This document shows positions 44,662 through 53,675 of a DNA stretch of 64,000 bases, in pieces. A program made the position numbers and the translations under genes. The DNA lies in NCBI GenBank assembly GCA_011772475.1, contig WVZK01000086.1, forward strand, positions 4,406 through 68,405. The letters run 5' to 3'. The notes under the pieces were generated by a model. The model saw nothing but the letters and a program-made list of their open reading frames with translations. It did no database searches and was not told the origin of the DNA. This DNA comes from Candidatus Aminicenantes bacterium (GTDB taxonomy: Bacteria > Acidobacteriota > Aminicenantia > Aminicenantales > Aminicenantaceae). Position 1 is the stretch's first letter. Each line of letters begins with the position of its first letter.

Positions 44662-45762
44662 ATGAAATCAATATTGAAGTTCTATAAACAGCACGCCGCC
44701 CTTTTCGAATTCCTTAAGTTATTGATTTTCCTTTATCTGTTCGTTTTTAGTCTCGAATTGATGGGGACTTCGCTTAAAATGTTCGGGAAAGGGCTGGCGA
44801 CAAATCTAATTCAAACCACGACCAATCCTCTAGTAGGCTTATTTATCGGAATTCTGGCGACTTCTTTTATCCAATCCTCTTCTTCTACTACATCCATTGT
44901 CGTAGGCCTCGTGGGGGGCGGAGTTTTGAATGTCGCTAATGCCATACCCATAATAATGGGGGCCAATATAGGAACTTCCGTGACTAACACGCTCGCCTCT
45001 CTTACCCAGATTAATCGCAATATTGAATTTCAACGCTCATTTTCAGTAGCAGTTGTGCACGATTTTTTCAATTTGCTGGCAGTAATTGTGATATTTCCTT
45101 TGCAGTATTTTACGAATTTCTTGGGCCAGATTGCGAGCTTTATGGGCGAGGAATTTCAACACATTGGAGGCCTGAAATTTCTAAGTCCTGTAAAAGCGAT
45201 AACCAAACCTGTCGTAGGAGTTATAAAGAACTGGATTGGAGATCAACCCTGGATTTTGTTGGTTTTATCTTTTGTTTGTCTGCTTTTGGCGTTATCTCAG
45301 ATGGTGAAATCTTTAAAAGCCTTGGTAGTGACAAGGGCGGAGGCCTGGTTCGATCGCTATTTATTCAAGACACCTTTGAGGGCATTTCTGGTTGGATTAA
45401 TGTTGACTGTAATGGTGCAGAGTAGTTCTATCACGACTTCCCTTGCGGTTCCAATGGCAGGGGCAGGCCTCTTGACCATTGTCCAGATTTTCCCTTACAC
45501 TGTAGGGGCCAATATCGGGACAACGGTAACAGCGATTCTTGCTGCTCTAGTAACGGGAAATCTTTCGGCGATCATTGTGGCTTTTTCTCATCTACTTTTT
45601 AATATATCTGGAATGATTATCTGGTGGCCTTTGAAATTCGTGCCTGTCTCTTTAGCCCAAAGATTTTCCAAGTTTGCGACCCGGAAGAAACTGATTCCAG
45701 TCTTTTATATTCTGATTGTTTTTTTCCTTATACCCATTCTATTGATTTATTTTTTGAGGTAG
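44662..45762 (+). CDS. Na+/phosphate cotransporter family protein
   Basis: Duplicated motifs: GILATSFIQSSSSTTSIVVGL...GANIGTSVTN and MVQSSSITTSLAV...GANIGTTVTA. Confidence 0.85.
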   Translation: MKSILKFYKQHAALFEFLKLLIFLYLFVFSLELMGTSLKMFGKGLATNLIQTTTNPLVGLFIGILATSFIQSSSSTTSIVVGLVGGGVLNVANAIPIIMGANIGTSVTNTLASLTQINRNIEFQRSFSVAVVHDFFNLLAVIVIFPLQYFTNFLGQIASFMGEEFQHIGGLKFLSPVKAITKPVVGVIKNWIGDQPWILLVLSFVCLLLALSQMVKSLKALVVTRAEAWFDRYLFKTPLRAFLVGLMLTVMVQSSSITTSLAVPMAGAGLLTIVQIFPYTVGANIGTTVTAILAALVTGNLSAIIVAFSHLLFNISGMIIWWPLKFVPVSLAQRFSKFATRKKLIPVFYILIVFFLIPILLIYFLR

Positions 45763-45772
45763 GAGGGAGTCG

Positions 45773-46444
45773 ATGTTTAAAGAATGGATTGCAATCTTTA
45801 AGAAGGATACGTTGATGGACCGTGCTTATAAACGATCTTATTTGATGTTAGACTTAACGCGCCAAATGTTTATAAGGGCCAAGGAATCGCTGCGGTATTT
45901 AGAGGATAATCAAGTTGATATTGATATTAAGGATAAAGATTTGGAAATCAATAAGTATGAGCGGGAGGTGCGTCGTAATGTGTTTAATCACCTTGCAGTC
46001 AGCGGAGCGGCTAAGCTGCCTTCAGGTTTGGTTTTAGTAAGCATTATCATCGACATTGAACGAATCGGAGATTACACCAAAAATATTGTTGAACTGGCCC
46101 TGAATCATTCTGGGAAGTTACACGGAGGGAAATTTGAAAAAGATTTGCAGCGAGTGGAAGAGGCGATGGAAGAGAATTTTGCTAAGACTCGAGATTGCTT
46201 TGAATCCTGCGAAGAGGCTGAGGCTTTGAAGCTGCTTGAAGAATATAAATGGGTAAATCCCATCTGTGACAAAATATTAATAGGGCTGATTAAAGAAGAG
46301 GACAAAAACATCCGTCCTGGCGATGCGGTATCTCTTGCCATGTATTTCCGCTGGCTAAAACGGATCAATTCTCATATGCGGAACATTATGACAAGCGTCG
46401 TCAATCCATTTGATAGAATAGGCTTCGAGCCAAAGACACGATAA
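45773..46444 (+). CDS. PhoU-domain protein
   Basis: AGGAGGGA RBS. IIDIERIGDYTKNIVELA-type PhoU motif. Adjacent to the Na/Pi transporter. Confidence 0.7.
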   Translation: MFKEWIAIFKKDTLMDRAYKRSYLMLDLTRQMFIRAKESLRYLEDNQVDIDIKDKDLEINKYEREVRRNVFNHLAVSGAAKLPSGLVLVSIIIDIERIGDYTKNIVELALNHSGKLHGGKFEKDLQRVEEAMEENFAKTRDCFESCEEAEALKLLEEYKWVNPICDKILIGLIKEEDKNIRPGDAVSLAMYFRWLKRINSHMRNIMTSVVNPFDRIGFEPKTR

Positions 46445-46463
46445 ATCTTGCAGGGAATCGATC

Positions 46464-47822
46464 TTATTTTTCGTTTATTCTCTTAAAAATATAATATGCG
46501 GGAATTCCCGCTAGCACGGTTAGAATCGCAATCAATGAGGGAATCGGGCCTTCAAGAAAACCCAGAGTAAGAATCGAAACACCTGCGAGTATGTATATGA
46601 TGGGAATAACGGGATAACCCAGCATTTTATACTCACTTTTATTTAAACTTCTTAGCTTAAAAACACCAATTACTGCCAGAATCGGGAAAATGCCAAGGGA
46701 AAAACCCATATAAGTCAATATCTTGTCAAGAGTCCCTGATAACACTATGACTATCGCAATTACACACTGCAGCAATATTGATTTTGAAGGAACTCGGTAA
46801 ACACTGTTGACCTTGGAAGCAAACTTGAAGAAATACCCATCTTTAGCCATTGAGTAATAAACTCTCGGGCCCAGAATGATGAAGGCGCTCAAAGATGATA
46901 GAAGGGCGAAGGATATCAGGACTGATAAAAAGCTCTCGAAAGATTTACTGAACAGATTTCTCACTGCAAGACCACCTATGGAGATGACCCCACTCATTTC
47001 TTCAGGCGAAGCGCCATAGACATAAAATAGATTCAAGCCGAAATAAAGAAGGATGACTATTCCAGTTCCCAGGATCAAAGAAAGAGGCAGATTTTTCTTC
47101 GGGTTTTTTATCTCTGATCCTATGTAAGCGGATGCGTTCCAACCGCTGTAGGCAAACATTATCCACATTAGAGAAAGACCAATGACTTTCCATCCTCCAA
47201 AATCAAAGATGAACTCTTTACCCTGGGAGAAATGATCGAAATTCCCTTTTCCAAAGGAAAATCCTATCAATATAAGACCAGCTATCAAACCGACTTTTAA
47301 TAATGTCAGTAAATTTTGAACTCTTGTCCCGAATATAATCCCTCTAAGATGAACCAAGGTAAAAACCAAGATAACAAGGATCGAATAAAACTTTTTTAAG
47401 GCCATTGCTTCAAAATCTTCCCCGAAAATCCCTAAACTTAGAAGCTGAGGAAAAGCTCTGGTTAAATATTCTGTAAATCCTATGGCAGAAGCAGCTACCG
47501 GAGCAGAAAAACCGACAAAAAAGGAGACCCAACCGCTTAAGAAGCCGAACAGAGGATTGAATAATCTGGAAAGGAAAATATATTCACCTCCTGCCTGCGG
47601 TATTGCTGCGCCAAGTTCGCTGTAGCATAAAGCGCCGCACAGCGCTATCAGTCCCCCCACAATCCACAATGCCATCAGTAATAAAGGATTACCCAGGTCT
47701 TCCATTAACAGCCCGGATGTAACGAATATTCCGGCTCCGATCATATTGGCAACGACGATGTTTGTTACGGGGAAAAGCCCAAGTTTTCTTTCTAGGGAAT
47801 TTTCAGGTAACTTATCGGGCAT
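46464..47822 (-). CDS. APC-family amino acid permease
   Basis: 12-TM profile. VANMIGAGIFVTSG, GGEYIFLSR. Confidence 0.85.
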   Translation of the reverse strand: MPDKLPENSLERKLGLFPVTNIVVANMIGAGIFVTSGLLMEDLGNPLLLMALWIVGGLIALCGALCYSELGAAIPQAGGEYIFLSRLFNPLFGFLSGWVSFFVGFSAPVAASAIGFTEYLTRAFPQLLSLGIFGEDFEAMALKKFYSILVILVFTLVHLRGIIFGTRVQNLLTLLKVGLIAGLILIGFSFGKGNFDHFSQGKEFIFDFGGWKVIGLSLMWIMFAYSGWNASAYIGSEIKNPKKNLPLSLILGTGIVILLYFGLNLFYVYGASPEEMSGVISIGGLAVRNLFSKSFESFLSVLISFALLSSLSAFIILGPRVYYSMAKDGYFFKFASKVNSVYRVPSKSILLQCVIAIVIVLSGTLDKILTYMGFSLGIFPILAVIGVFKLRSLNKSEYKMLGYPVIPIIYILAGVSILTLGFLEGPIPSLIAILTVLAGIPAYYIFKRINEK

Positions 47823-48049
47823 GATGTTATTTTGACGTATGAAATAAAAAAATCTTCCTATTGAAGGAATTAACTAAGAATTCTAATTACTTTGCCTCCT
47901 TTCTTTATGAGTAGTCATAGTAAGGAAGCATCTTTATCCCAGAATTTGGGGAAATCAAAAGATATATTTTAACAAGTTCTTCCTTTTATTGCGAGGAAAC
48001 TGTCACGTAACAATCCCCGCCTTATATCTGGATGGGATTAATTGTATTT

Positions 48050-48134
48050 GTAGGGGTTTGATTCATCAAATCAACGCTTTTTATTGTGCAGGGATTTGAT
48101 TTGTTTGTAGGGGTTTGATTCATCAAACCCGCAC
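48050..48134. repeat. three family-1 REP elements
   Basis: Copies at 48050-48075, 48088-48104 (degenerate) and 48107-48134. Confidence 0.85.
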
Positions 48135-48341
48135 TTATTCAAAATTGTAATATGCAGTTTTACCCGAATTGAGGACTCGAACCTTTTTTCCCTTTTATTA
48201 TGTTATATTAATTTTTATAATATGGAAGTTTTAAAGAGTCCATACTTATAAAAAGGAGTCCTTTTCTATTTTTTGCGCCCAGCATGGACTAGGCTTCAGA
48301 ATTTCTGTAGTCTACAAAATTAGTAGAAAGGCGGTCTTGCC

Positions 48342-49214
48342 ATGGGAAAGGTTATAACTCGAAGGGATTTTATTTGTGGAAGTACCTTTGCAGTATTAGG
48401 AGCTGCAATAGGATTTTCCTCTCAACAGACAAAAAAATCAAAAGTCGTTTTGGTTCGCCATCCTGATGCACTGGATGAAAATTCCAAGATCAACGCAGAA
48501 ATAATCCAGCAGATGGTTGATGAAGCGGTTATGGCTTTGTTTGGTGAGGAAGATCCAGTTAAAGCTCTTGAAATGATCGTTAAGCCGGGCGAGGTTGTGG
48601 GGATTAAAAGCAATGTTTGGTCCTATCTTCCTACTCCGTCTGAGCTTGAGAGGGCGATCGAGCGCCGGCTGATAGATGTTGGGGTGAAAAAAGATGACAT
48701 CAGTGTTGATGATCATGGCGTGCGGAGAAATCCGGTTTTCTTAAAAGCAACTTCTCTTATCAATGTCAGACCTCTAAGAACTCATTATCTCGCAGGTATC
48801 AGCGGCTGTATGAAAAATTACATAATGTTTGCAAGGTCTCAATCCGCTTATCATCCCAACAGCTGTGCAGACCTGGGAGCCCTGTTTTCTCTACCCCAAG
48901 TAAAGGGAAAGACCCGGTTGAATATTTTGTGTGCACTTACGCCGCAGTTTCATGGTCGTGGACCCCACCATTTTAGCCGAAGGTATGTTTGGAATTACAA
49001 GGGCCTGTTTGTAAGTCAAGATCCTGTCGCGGTTGATGCCCTTGGCCTGCGGCTGCTCATGGCTAAACGCCGCGAAAAGCTTGGCAAAGATCGAGAAATT
49101 CCGCCAGTTCCGAGGCATATAGAAGTTGCCGATGTAAAGCATGGATTGGGTACAAGCGACATAAATAAAATAGAATTGATAAAACTTGGGTGGAAAGAGG
49201 ATATCTTAATTTGA
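48342..49214 (+). CDS. DUF362-domain protein with Tat-type signal
   Basis: RRDFICGSTFAVLGAA twin-arginine leader. VVGIKSNVW and PLRTHYLAGISGCMKNY, which resemble DUF362. Confidence 0.7.
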   Translation: MGKVITRRDFICGSTFAVLGAAIGFSSQQTKKSKVVLVRHPDALDENSKINAEIIQQMVDEAVMALFGEEDPVKALEMIVKPGEVVGIKSNVWSYLPTPSELERAIERRLIDVGVKKDDISVDDHGVRRNPVFLKATSLINVRPLRTHYLAGISGCMKNYIMFARSQSAYHPNSCADLGALFSLPQVKGKTRLNILCALTPQFHGRGPHHFSRRYVWNYKGLFVSQDPVAVDALGLRLLMAKRREKLGKDREIPPVPRHIEVADVKHGLGTSDINKIELIKLGWKEDILI

Positions 49215-49223
49215 GACGATCTT

Positions 49224-49250
49224 GTAGGGATTTGATTCACCAAAACTGCA
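49224..49250. repeat. degenerate family-1 REP element
   Basis: gtagggatttgattcaccaaaactgca. Confidence 0.6.
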
Positions 49251-49288
49251 ATTTTTGGGAATGGTAATTTTAAAATGGGAGACATGAA

Positions 49289-51133
49289 ATGGGCTTTGCT
49301 ATGAGAAAGCTACTTTTTAAACAATCCGTTTTGCTGCTCGCAATACTGCTTGCATGTTCATTCTCTGCTGAGATTTTAGAAGCCTCTAATCTTGAATATG
49401 TAAGCAGTATATTATGGACAAAAGCCTATGATGCAAAAATAGACGGCGATCATGCTTATTGTGCCTTTTTAAACGGTCTTGTTATTCTCGATATTTCAAA
49501 CAAGTTGAAACCTGTTTTCATCTCCCGTCTCTTTCTAGGAGGAGGATTCGGAATTGATTTGAAAGACAACCTCGCCTTTATCGCTGCCGGGAAGAAAGGT
49601 TTGAAGATTGTGGATGTATCCAACATTAACGCTCCTTCTCTTACTGGCTTCTTAGACACCCCGGGCGAAGCTAAAGATATAGCATTGAAAGGCGAGCATG
49701 CTTATATTGCTGATGGCCCTTCAGGACTGCAGATAATAGACATAAGCAATCCATCATCTCCCAAACTTGCCGCCTCCTTTGATACAACTGATGACGCCCG
49801 AGGAGTGACTTTAAAAGGTAATTTCGCCTATGTAGCGGATAACTCCTCCGGATTACAAATAATAAACACCAGCAATCCTTTAACTCCGAAGCTAACAAGC
49901 TCCTACGACACGCCTGGCACCGCAGAAAGAGTTGCTGTATCCGGGGATTATGCTTATGTGGCGGATGGTTCACCTGGCCTTCAAATAATTGATATCAGCG
50001 ATCCGTCATCTCCCAAGCTTGCCACCTCTTTCATCACTTCAGGCTATGCTCATGGAGTTGCAGTAAGCGGTGATTATGCCTACGTGGGAAATCTTTATGA
50101 TGGGGCCTTTCAGATAATAAACATCAGCAATCCAAGTGCTCCTATCCTTGCTGTTACCCGCAAATACACTATGTACAACGAGGCCTGGGATGTGGCTGTA
50201 AGCGGCGAATATGCTTATATAGTGGATTATTTCGCAGGTCTCCATATCATGTCAGTGATCGATCCCTCTAAACCCGTAATGAAAGGCGTCTATTATACCC
50301 CTGGCTCAATAATAGATGCTGCAGTTAACGGCAAGTATGTTTGTGCGGTGGGCGACCTCTCTGGCTTGCAGATAGTAGATATCAGCAATGCTTCTGACCC
50401 AAAGATTGTAGGCTCAATAGGCCGCATGCGAGGAGTTCATGGTTTAACGGCAAGCGGTAATTATGTCTATATCACCGACAGATGGTCGTTAAAAATATAC
50501 AACATAAGCGATCCCGCAAAAATAAAGCTTGCCCGGCAATTTCCTGTTCCCGGTGTGCCGCGAGCAATAGTTGTAAGAGGAAACTATGCTTATATGACCT
50601 CTGATCATTCAGGATTTCATGTCATAGATATCAGCGATCCATCAGCTCCTTCGATCGTTGGCACGCATAAAATGCCGGGCTTTGCTTACGGCATTGCTGT
50701 CGAAGGAGACTATGCATATATCGCCAACAGCGACACTGGATTCCACATAATAGATGTAAGCAATCCATCTTCTCCCAAACTTACAGGCTCTTACAAAACG
50801 CCAGGCCTTACTTATGATGTGGCTATTAGAAGGGGGCATGCATATGTAGCAGATGGCTCTTCAGGATTGCAGATATTAGATATAAGCAAGCCTTCAGCTC
50901 CATCGATTGTTGGTTCGTTTGAAATGTCAGGCTTTGCCAACGGAATAACGGTTAAAGGTTATTATGCCTATGTCTCGGATGAGATTTCAGGGCTAAAGAA
51001 AATCGATATAAGTAATCCATCTTCTCCCAAACTGGTCAGCTCGTTTGATACACCTGGTGAATCTGCAAGAGCACTTGTATGCGGAGAATATATTGTTGTG
51101 GCGGATTCTTTTTCACTCTTGATACTCAAATGA
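49289..51133 (+). CDS. LVIVD-repeat beta-propeller protein, secreted
   Basis: About 13 repeats of G.A.GV.V.G.YAYVAD..SGLQIIDISNPS.PKL. Confidence 0.8.
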   Translation: MGFAMRKLLFKQSVLLLAILLACSFSAEILEASNLEYVSSILWTKAYDAKIDGDHAYCAFLNGLVILDISNKLKPVFISRLFLGGGFGIDLKDNLAFIAAGKKGLKIVDVSNINAPSLTGFLDTPGEAKDIALKGEHAYIADGPSGLQIIDISNPSSPKLAASFDTTDDARGVTLKGNFAYVADNSSGLQIINTSNPLTPKLTSSYDTPGTAERVAVSGDYAYVADGSPGLQIIDISDPSSPKLATSFITSGYAHGVAVSGDYAYVGNLYDGAFQIINISNPSAPILAVTRKYTMYNEAWDVAVSGEYAYIVDYFAGLHIMSVIDPSKPVMKGVYYTPGSIIDAAVNGKYVCAVGDLSGLQIVDISNASDPKIVGSIGRMRGVHGLTASGNYVYITDRWSLKIYNISDPAKIKLARQFPVPGVPRAIVVRGNYAYMTSDHSGFHVIDISDPSAPSIVGTHKMPGFAYGIAVEGDYAYIANSDTGFHIIDVSNPSSPKLTGSYKTPGLTYDVAIRRGHAYVADGSSGLQILDISKPSAPSIVGSFEMSGFANGITVKGYYAYVSDEISGLKKIDISNPSSPKLVSSFDTPGESARALVCGEYIVVADSFSLLILK

Positions 51134-51190
51134 TTTATAGATTTTGAATAAATTAAAAACGGAATCTATTTAGGTTAAAAGGAGAGTAAT

Positions 51191-51529
51191 ATGAGCAAGA
51201 AGAAGAAGGAGAAGGATATCTTTTCCGAGATCGGAGATAAATTCAAGGAGCTCGGTGAGGAGATCAAGCCACATCTTGATAAGGCAGAAAAGAAGCTGCG
51301 TGATTTTGATAAGGCCATTGAGCCATCCATGGCCGAACTCGGCGAGAAGCTCAAGGAACTGGGAAGTACACTCAAACCTCCAATGGAGGATATTTCCGGC
51401 CGGATGAAAGAGTGGGGAGAGTCTATGAAGAGCACAATAGACGATATGAGTAAGCGCGTCAAAAAGTGGAAAAAAGAACAGAAAAAAAGCGAAAAGACCA
51501 AAGCAGTTAAGAAGAAGAAATCATTATAA
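51191..51529 (+). CDS. K/E-rich helical protein of unknown function
   Basis: AAGGAGAG RBS. Internal repeats ELGEEIKPHLDKAEKKL / ELGEKLKELGSTLKPPMEDI. Confidence 0.5.
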   Translation: MSKKKKEKDIFSEIGDKFKELGEEIKPHLDKAEKKLRDFDKAIEPSMAELGEKLKELGSTLKPPMEDISGRMKEWGESMKSTIDDMSKRVKKWKKEQKKSEKTKAVKKKKSL

Positions 51530-51559
51530 GCAAGCGTCTTGGGGAAGGCCCGCTTTCCA

Positions 51560-51588
51560 TTGACGCTTTTGTCTTTCTGTGGTATCAT
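51560..51588 (+). promoter_or_regulatory. promoter TTGACG-N17-TATCAT for the RRM gene
   Basis: Hexamers at 51560-51565 and 51583-51588. This leaves a roughly 130-nt leader. Confidence 0.45.
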
Positions 51589-51720
51589 CATTCATGTTGA
51601 AATTGAGGAGACCTGTGCAGCTACAAAACAAGCAGGCATCATAAGGGATGAGGGAAAATTTCAATAGGTAAAAAATATGTCCTCCCCTTATAAAAAATCC
51701 AATATTAAAAGGAAGTCAAA

Positions 51721-52032
51721 ATGAATATTTATGTAGGTAATTTGCCACGCGAGGCTACCGAAGAAGATTTGAAAGAGGCTTTTGAAGCCTTTGGGGAGGT
51801 CACATCTTACAAGATCATCAAAGACAAATTCACCGGAGATTCTAGGGGATTTGGATTCGTTGAAATGTCCAACAGTTCCGAAGCTCAAGCCGCGATCTCA
51901 GGCCTTGATGGCAAAGATCTGAAGGGGAGCACTCTTAGGGTTAACGAGGCCCGCCCTCGTCGCGATGACCGAGGCAGAGGAGGTTTTGGCCGAGGAGGCG
52001 GCGGAGGAAGCGGGGGTAGAAGACGTTTCTGA
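51721..52032 (+). CDS. RRM-type RNA-binding protein with RGG tail
   Basis: NIYVGNL (RNP2), RGFGFVEM (RNP1), and C-terminal RGRGGFGRGGGGGSGGRR. Confidence 0.9.
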   Translation: MNIYVGNLPREATEEDLKEAFEAFGEVTSYKIIKDKFTGDSRGFGFVEMSNSSEAQAAISGLDGKDLKGSTLRVNEARPRRDDRGRGGFGRGGGGGSGGRRRF

Positions 52033-52459
52033 TAATCTCCACTCTGACATTAAAGCTCACAGCCAAATTCTGAATTAAGGCTTACTTGAAAGCTGCCCAT
52101 CCGACGCATTTGTCCCAACAAATTCGTAAATACACCTACCATTCTAGTCAAAAAAAGAAGAATACCGCCAGAAAAATGCCTGATTTATCTTCACGATTGC
52201 ATGCTAATCCAGTTGTTCAATTGCGCGCTTCTCCTGATAGGCCGCAATATCCTATGCGGAGGGTAAGAAGTTGGGTTCAACTATTAAATTCCAAAAAGGA
52301 ATAATGAATGAAAAAGTATAAAAGAAATGAAAGAAAAAAAAGAGATAGGAAGAGAGAGAAAAGAAAAAGAGAAAAAAGAAAAAATAATAAATATTACATG
52401 AACTCCGGCTCCTGCTTTATCGTATAATACAATAAAGTAGATGTGAGGAGCCAGGTACT

Positions 52460-53599
52460 ATGAAAAAGGTTATTTTTATCATCGTAATAGTGGTCGTGGT
52501 CGTTGGTCTTTCTATTGTGGCCATAAGAGGTTGCCGACCGGGTAGTGACACTCAGATAGAAAACACAGCAAAAGTGGAAAGGGGGAACATCTCGAAGACT
52601 GTCGTGGCCACGGGCAAGATAGAACCTCTTTACAAGGCTGAGATCAAATCAAAAATTGGTGGCCTGATTAATCAATTTTATGTTGAGGAAGGGGACAGGG
52701 TAACTGTTGGCCAGAAGTTGGTGGAGATTATTCCCGGGGCAACACCGGTTGAAATGGTGCAGGCCCGCACCGAAGTAAAGGCCGCAGCCTACGACAAGCT
52801 CGTCGCTGAAAGACAATATCTGAGAAACAAGGAGTTAAAGGAGCAAGAACTGATTGCGCCAGAAAAGTACGATCAAGCCAAAGCCAGTTATTATACGGCT
52901 AAAGCTCGCTTTTATGCAGCTATGGCTCAATTACGAGTGCTGGAGCAGGGGTCGAATGTGGAGTCGCTAGCTGAAGGTATCGAGATTAGTGAACAAGATA
53001 GGCTTGAAATCGAAAAAGAGACACGGGAGGCCATTGCCAGCATGACACTGATTGCTCCCATCTCAGGAATTATCCTTTCCCGCGACACCGATAAAGGGAG
53101 CGCAGTCATCCCCATTTCTTCAGCCTACGGAGGAACAGTAATCATGATTCTCGCCGATGTTTCTGAGAAACATTTTCGAGGCGACGTGGACGAAGCAGAT
53201 ATCGGAAAAGTACATCTTGGCCTGCCGGCCAGAATATATGTAGAAGCTTATCCGGACGAGCCTTTTAAAGCAGAGCTAACCCACATCAGTCCTAGGGGTC
53301 GTGAGGAAGAGGACATCATTAATTTCGAGATTAAAGCGACAGTTAGAGATCAGGAGAATAAGCTCCGTGTGGGTATGTCAGCAGATGCCGAGCTTATTCT
53401 GGAGGAACATGAAAATGTTCTTGTTGTTCCGGAAGGGGCAATAATATACGAGGATGGAAAAACTTTCGTCAATATCCAGGACGATTCTGTAGAAGAAGGC
53501 ATGCGTAAGGTAGAAATAACCAAGGGCATTTCCGACGGTCTTCGGACAGAGGTTCTCTCTGGCCTTGAAGAGGGCCTGGTTGTGGTTCTTCCTATATAA
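52460..53599 (+). CDS. HlyD/MacA-type efflux periplasmic adaptor
   Basis: N-terminal TM, lipoyl-like GGLINQFYVEEGDRVTVGQKLVEI, coiled-coil hairpin, then beta-barrel region. Confidence 0.85.
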   Translation: MKKVIFIIVIVVVVVGLSIVAIRGCRPGSDTQIENTAKVERGNISKTVVATGKIEPLYKAEIKSKIGGLINQFYVEEGDRVTVGQKLVEIIPGATPVEMVQARTEVKAAAYDKLVAERQYLRNKELKEQELIAPEKYDQAKASYYTAKARFYAAMAQLRVLEQGSNVESLAEGIEISEQDRLEIEKETREAIASMTLIAPISGIILSRDTDKGSAVIPISSAYGGTVIMILADVSEKHFRGDVDEADIGKVHLGLPARIYVEAYPDEPFKAELTHISPRGREEEDIINFEIKATVRDQENKLRVGMSADAELILEEHENVLVVPEGAIIYEDGKTFVNIQDDSVEEGMRKVEITKGISDGLRTEVLSGLEEGLVVVLPI

Positions 53600-53675
53600 T
53601 ATCCTCGCAGAAGATTTCTGTGGCCGTCCTGCAGGGATTGTATGCCTGATTTAGCCTCATGGCAAGGATTAAGTT

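Noticed and set aside
48165-48190. tRNA 3'-end-like fragment (minus strand GGTTCGAGTCCTCAATTCGGGTA), a possible integration scar (att site).
   Set aside because: Only 3 bp of the T-stem can pair. There is no CCA or acceptor partner, no full tRNA, and no integrase or direct-repeat partner in the window. It is most likely a chance match.
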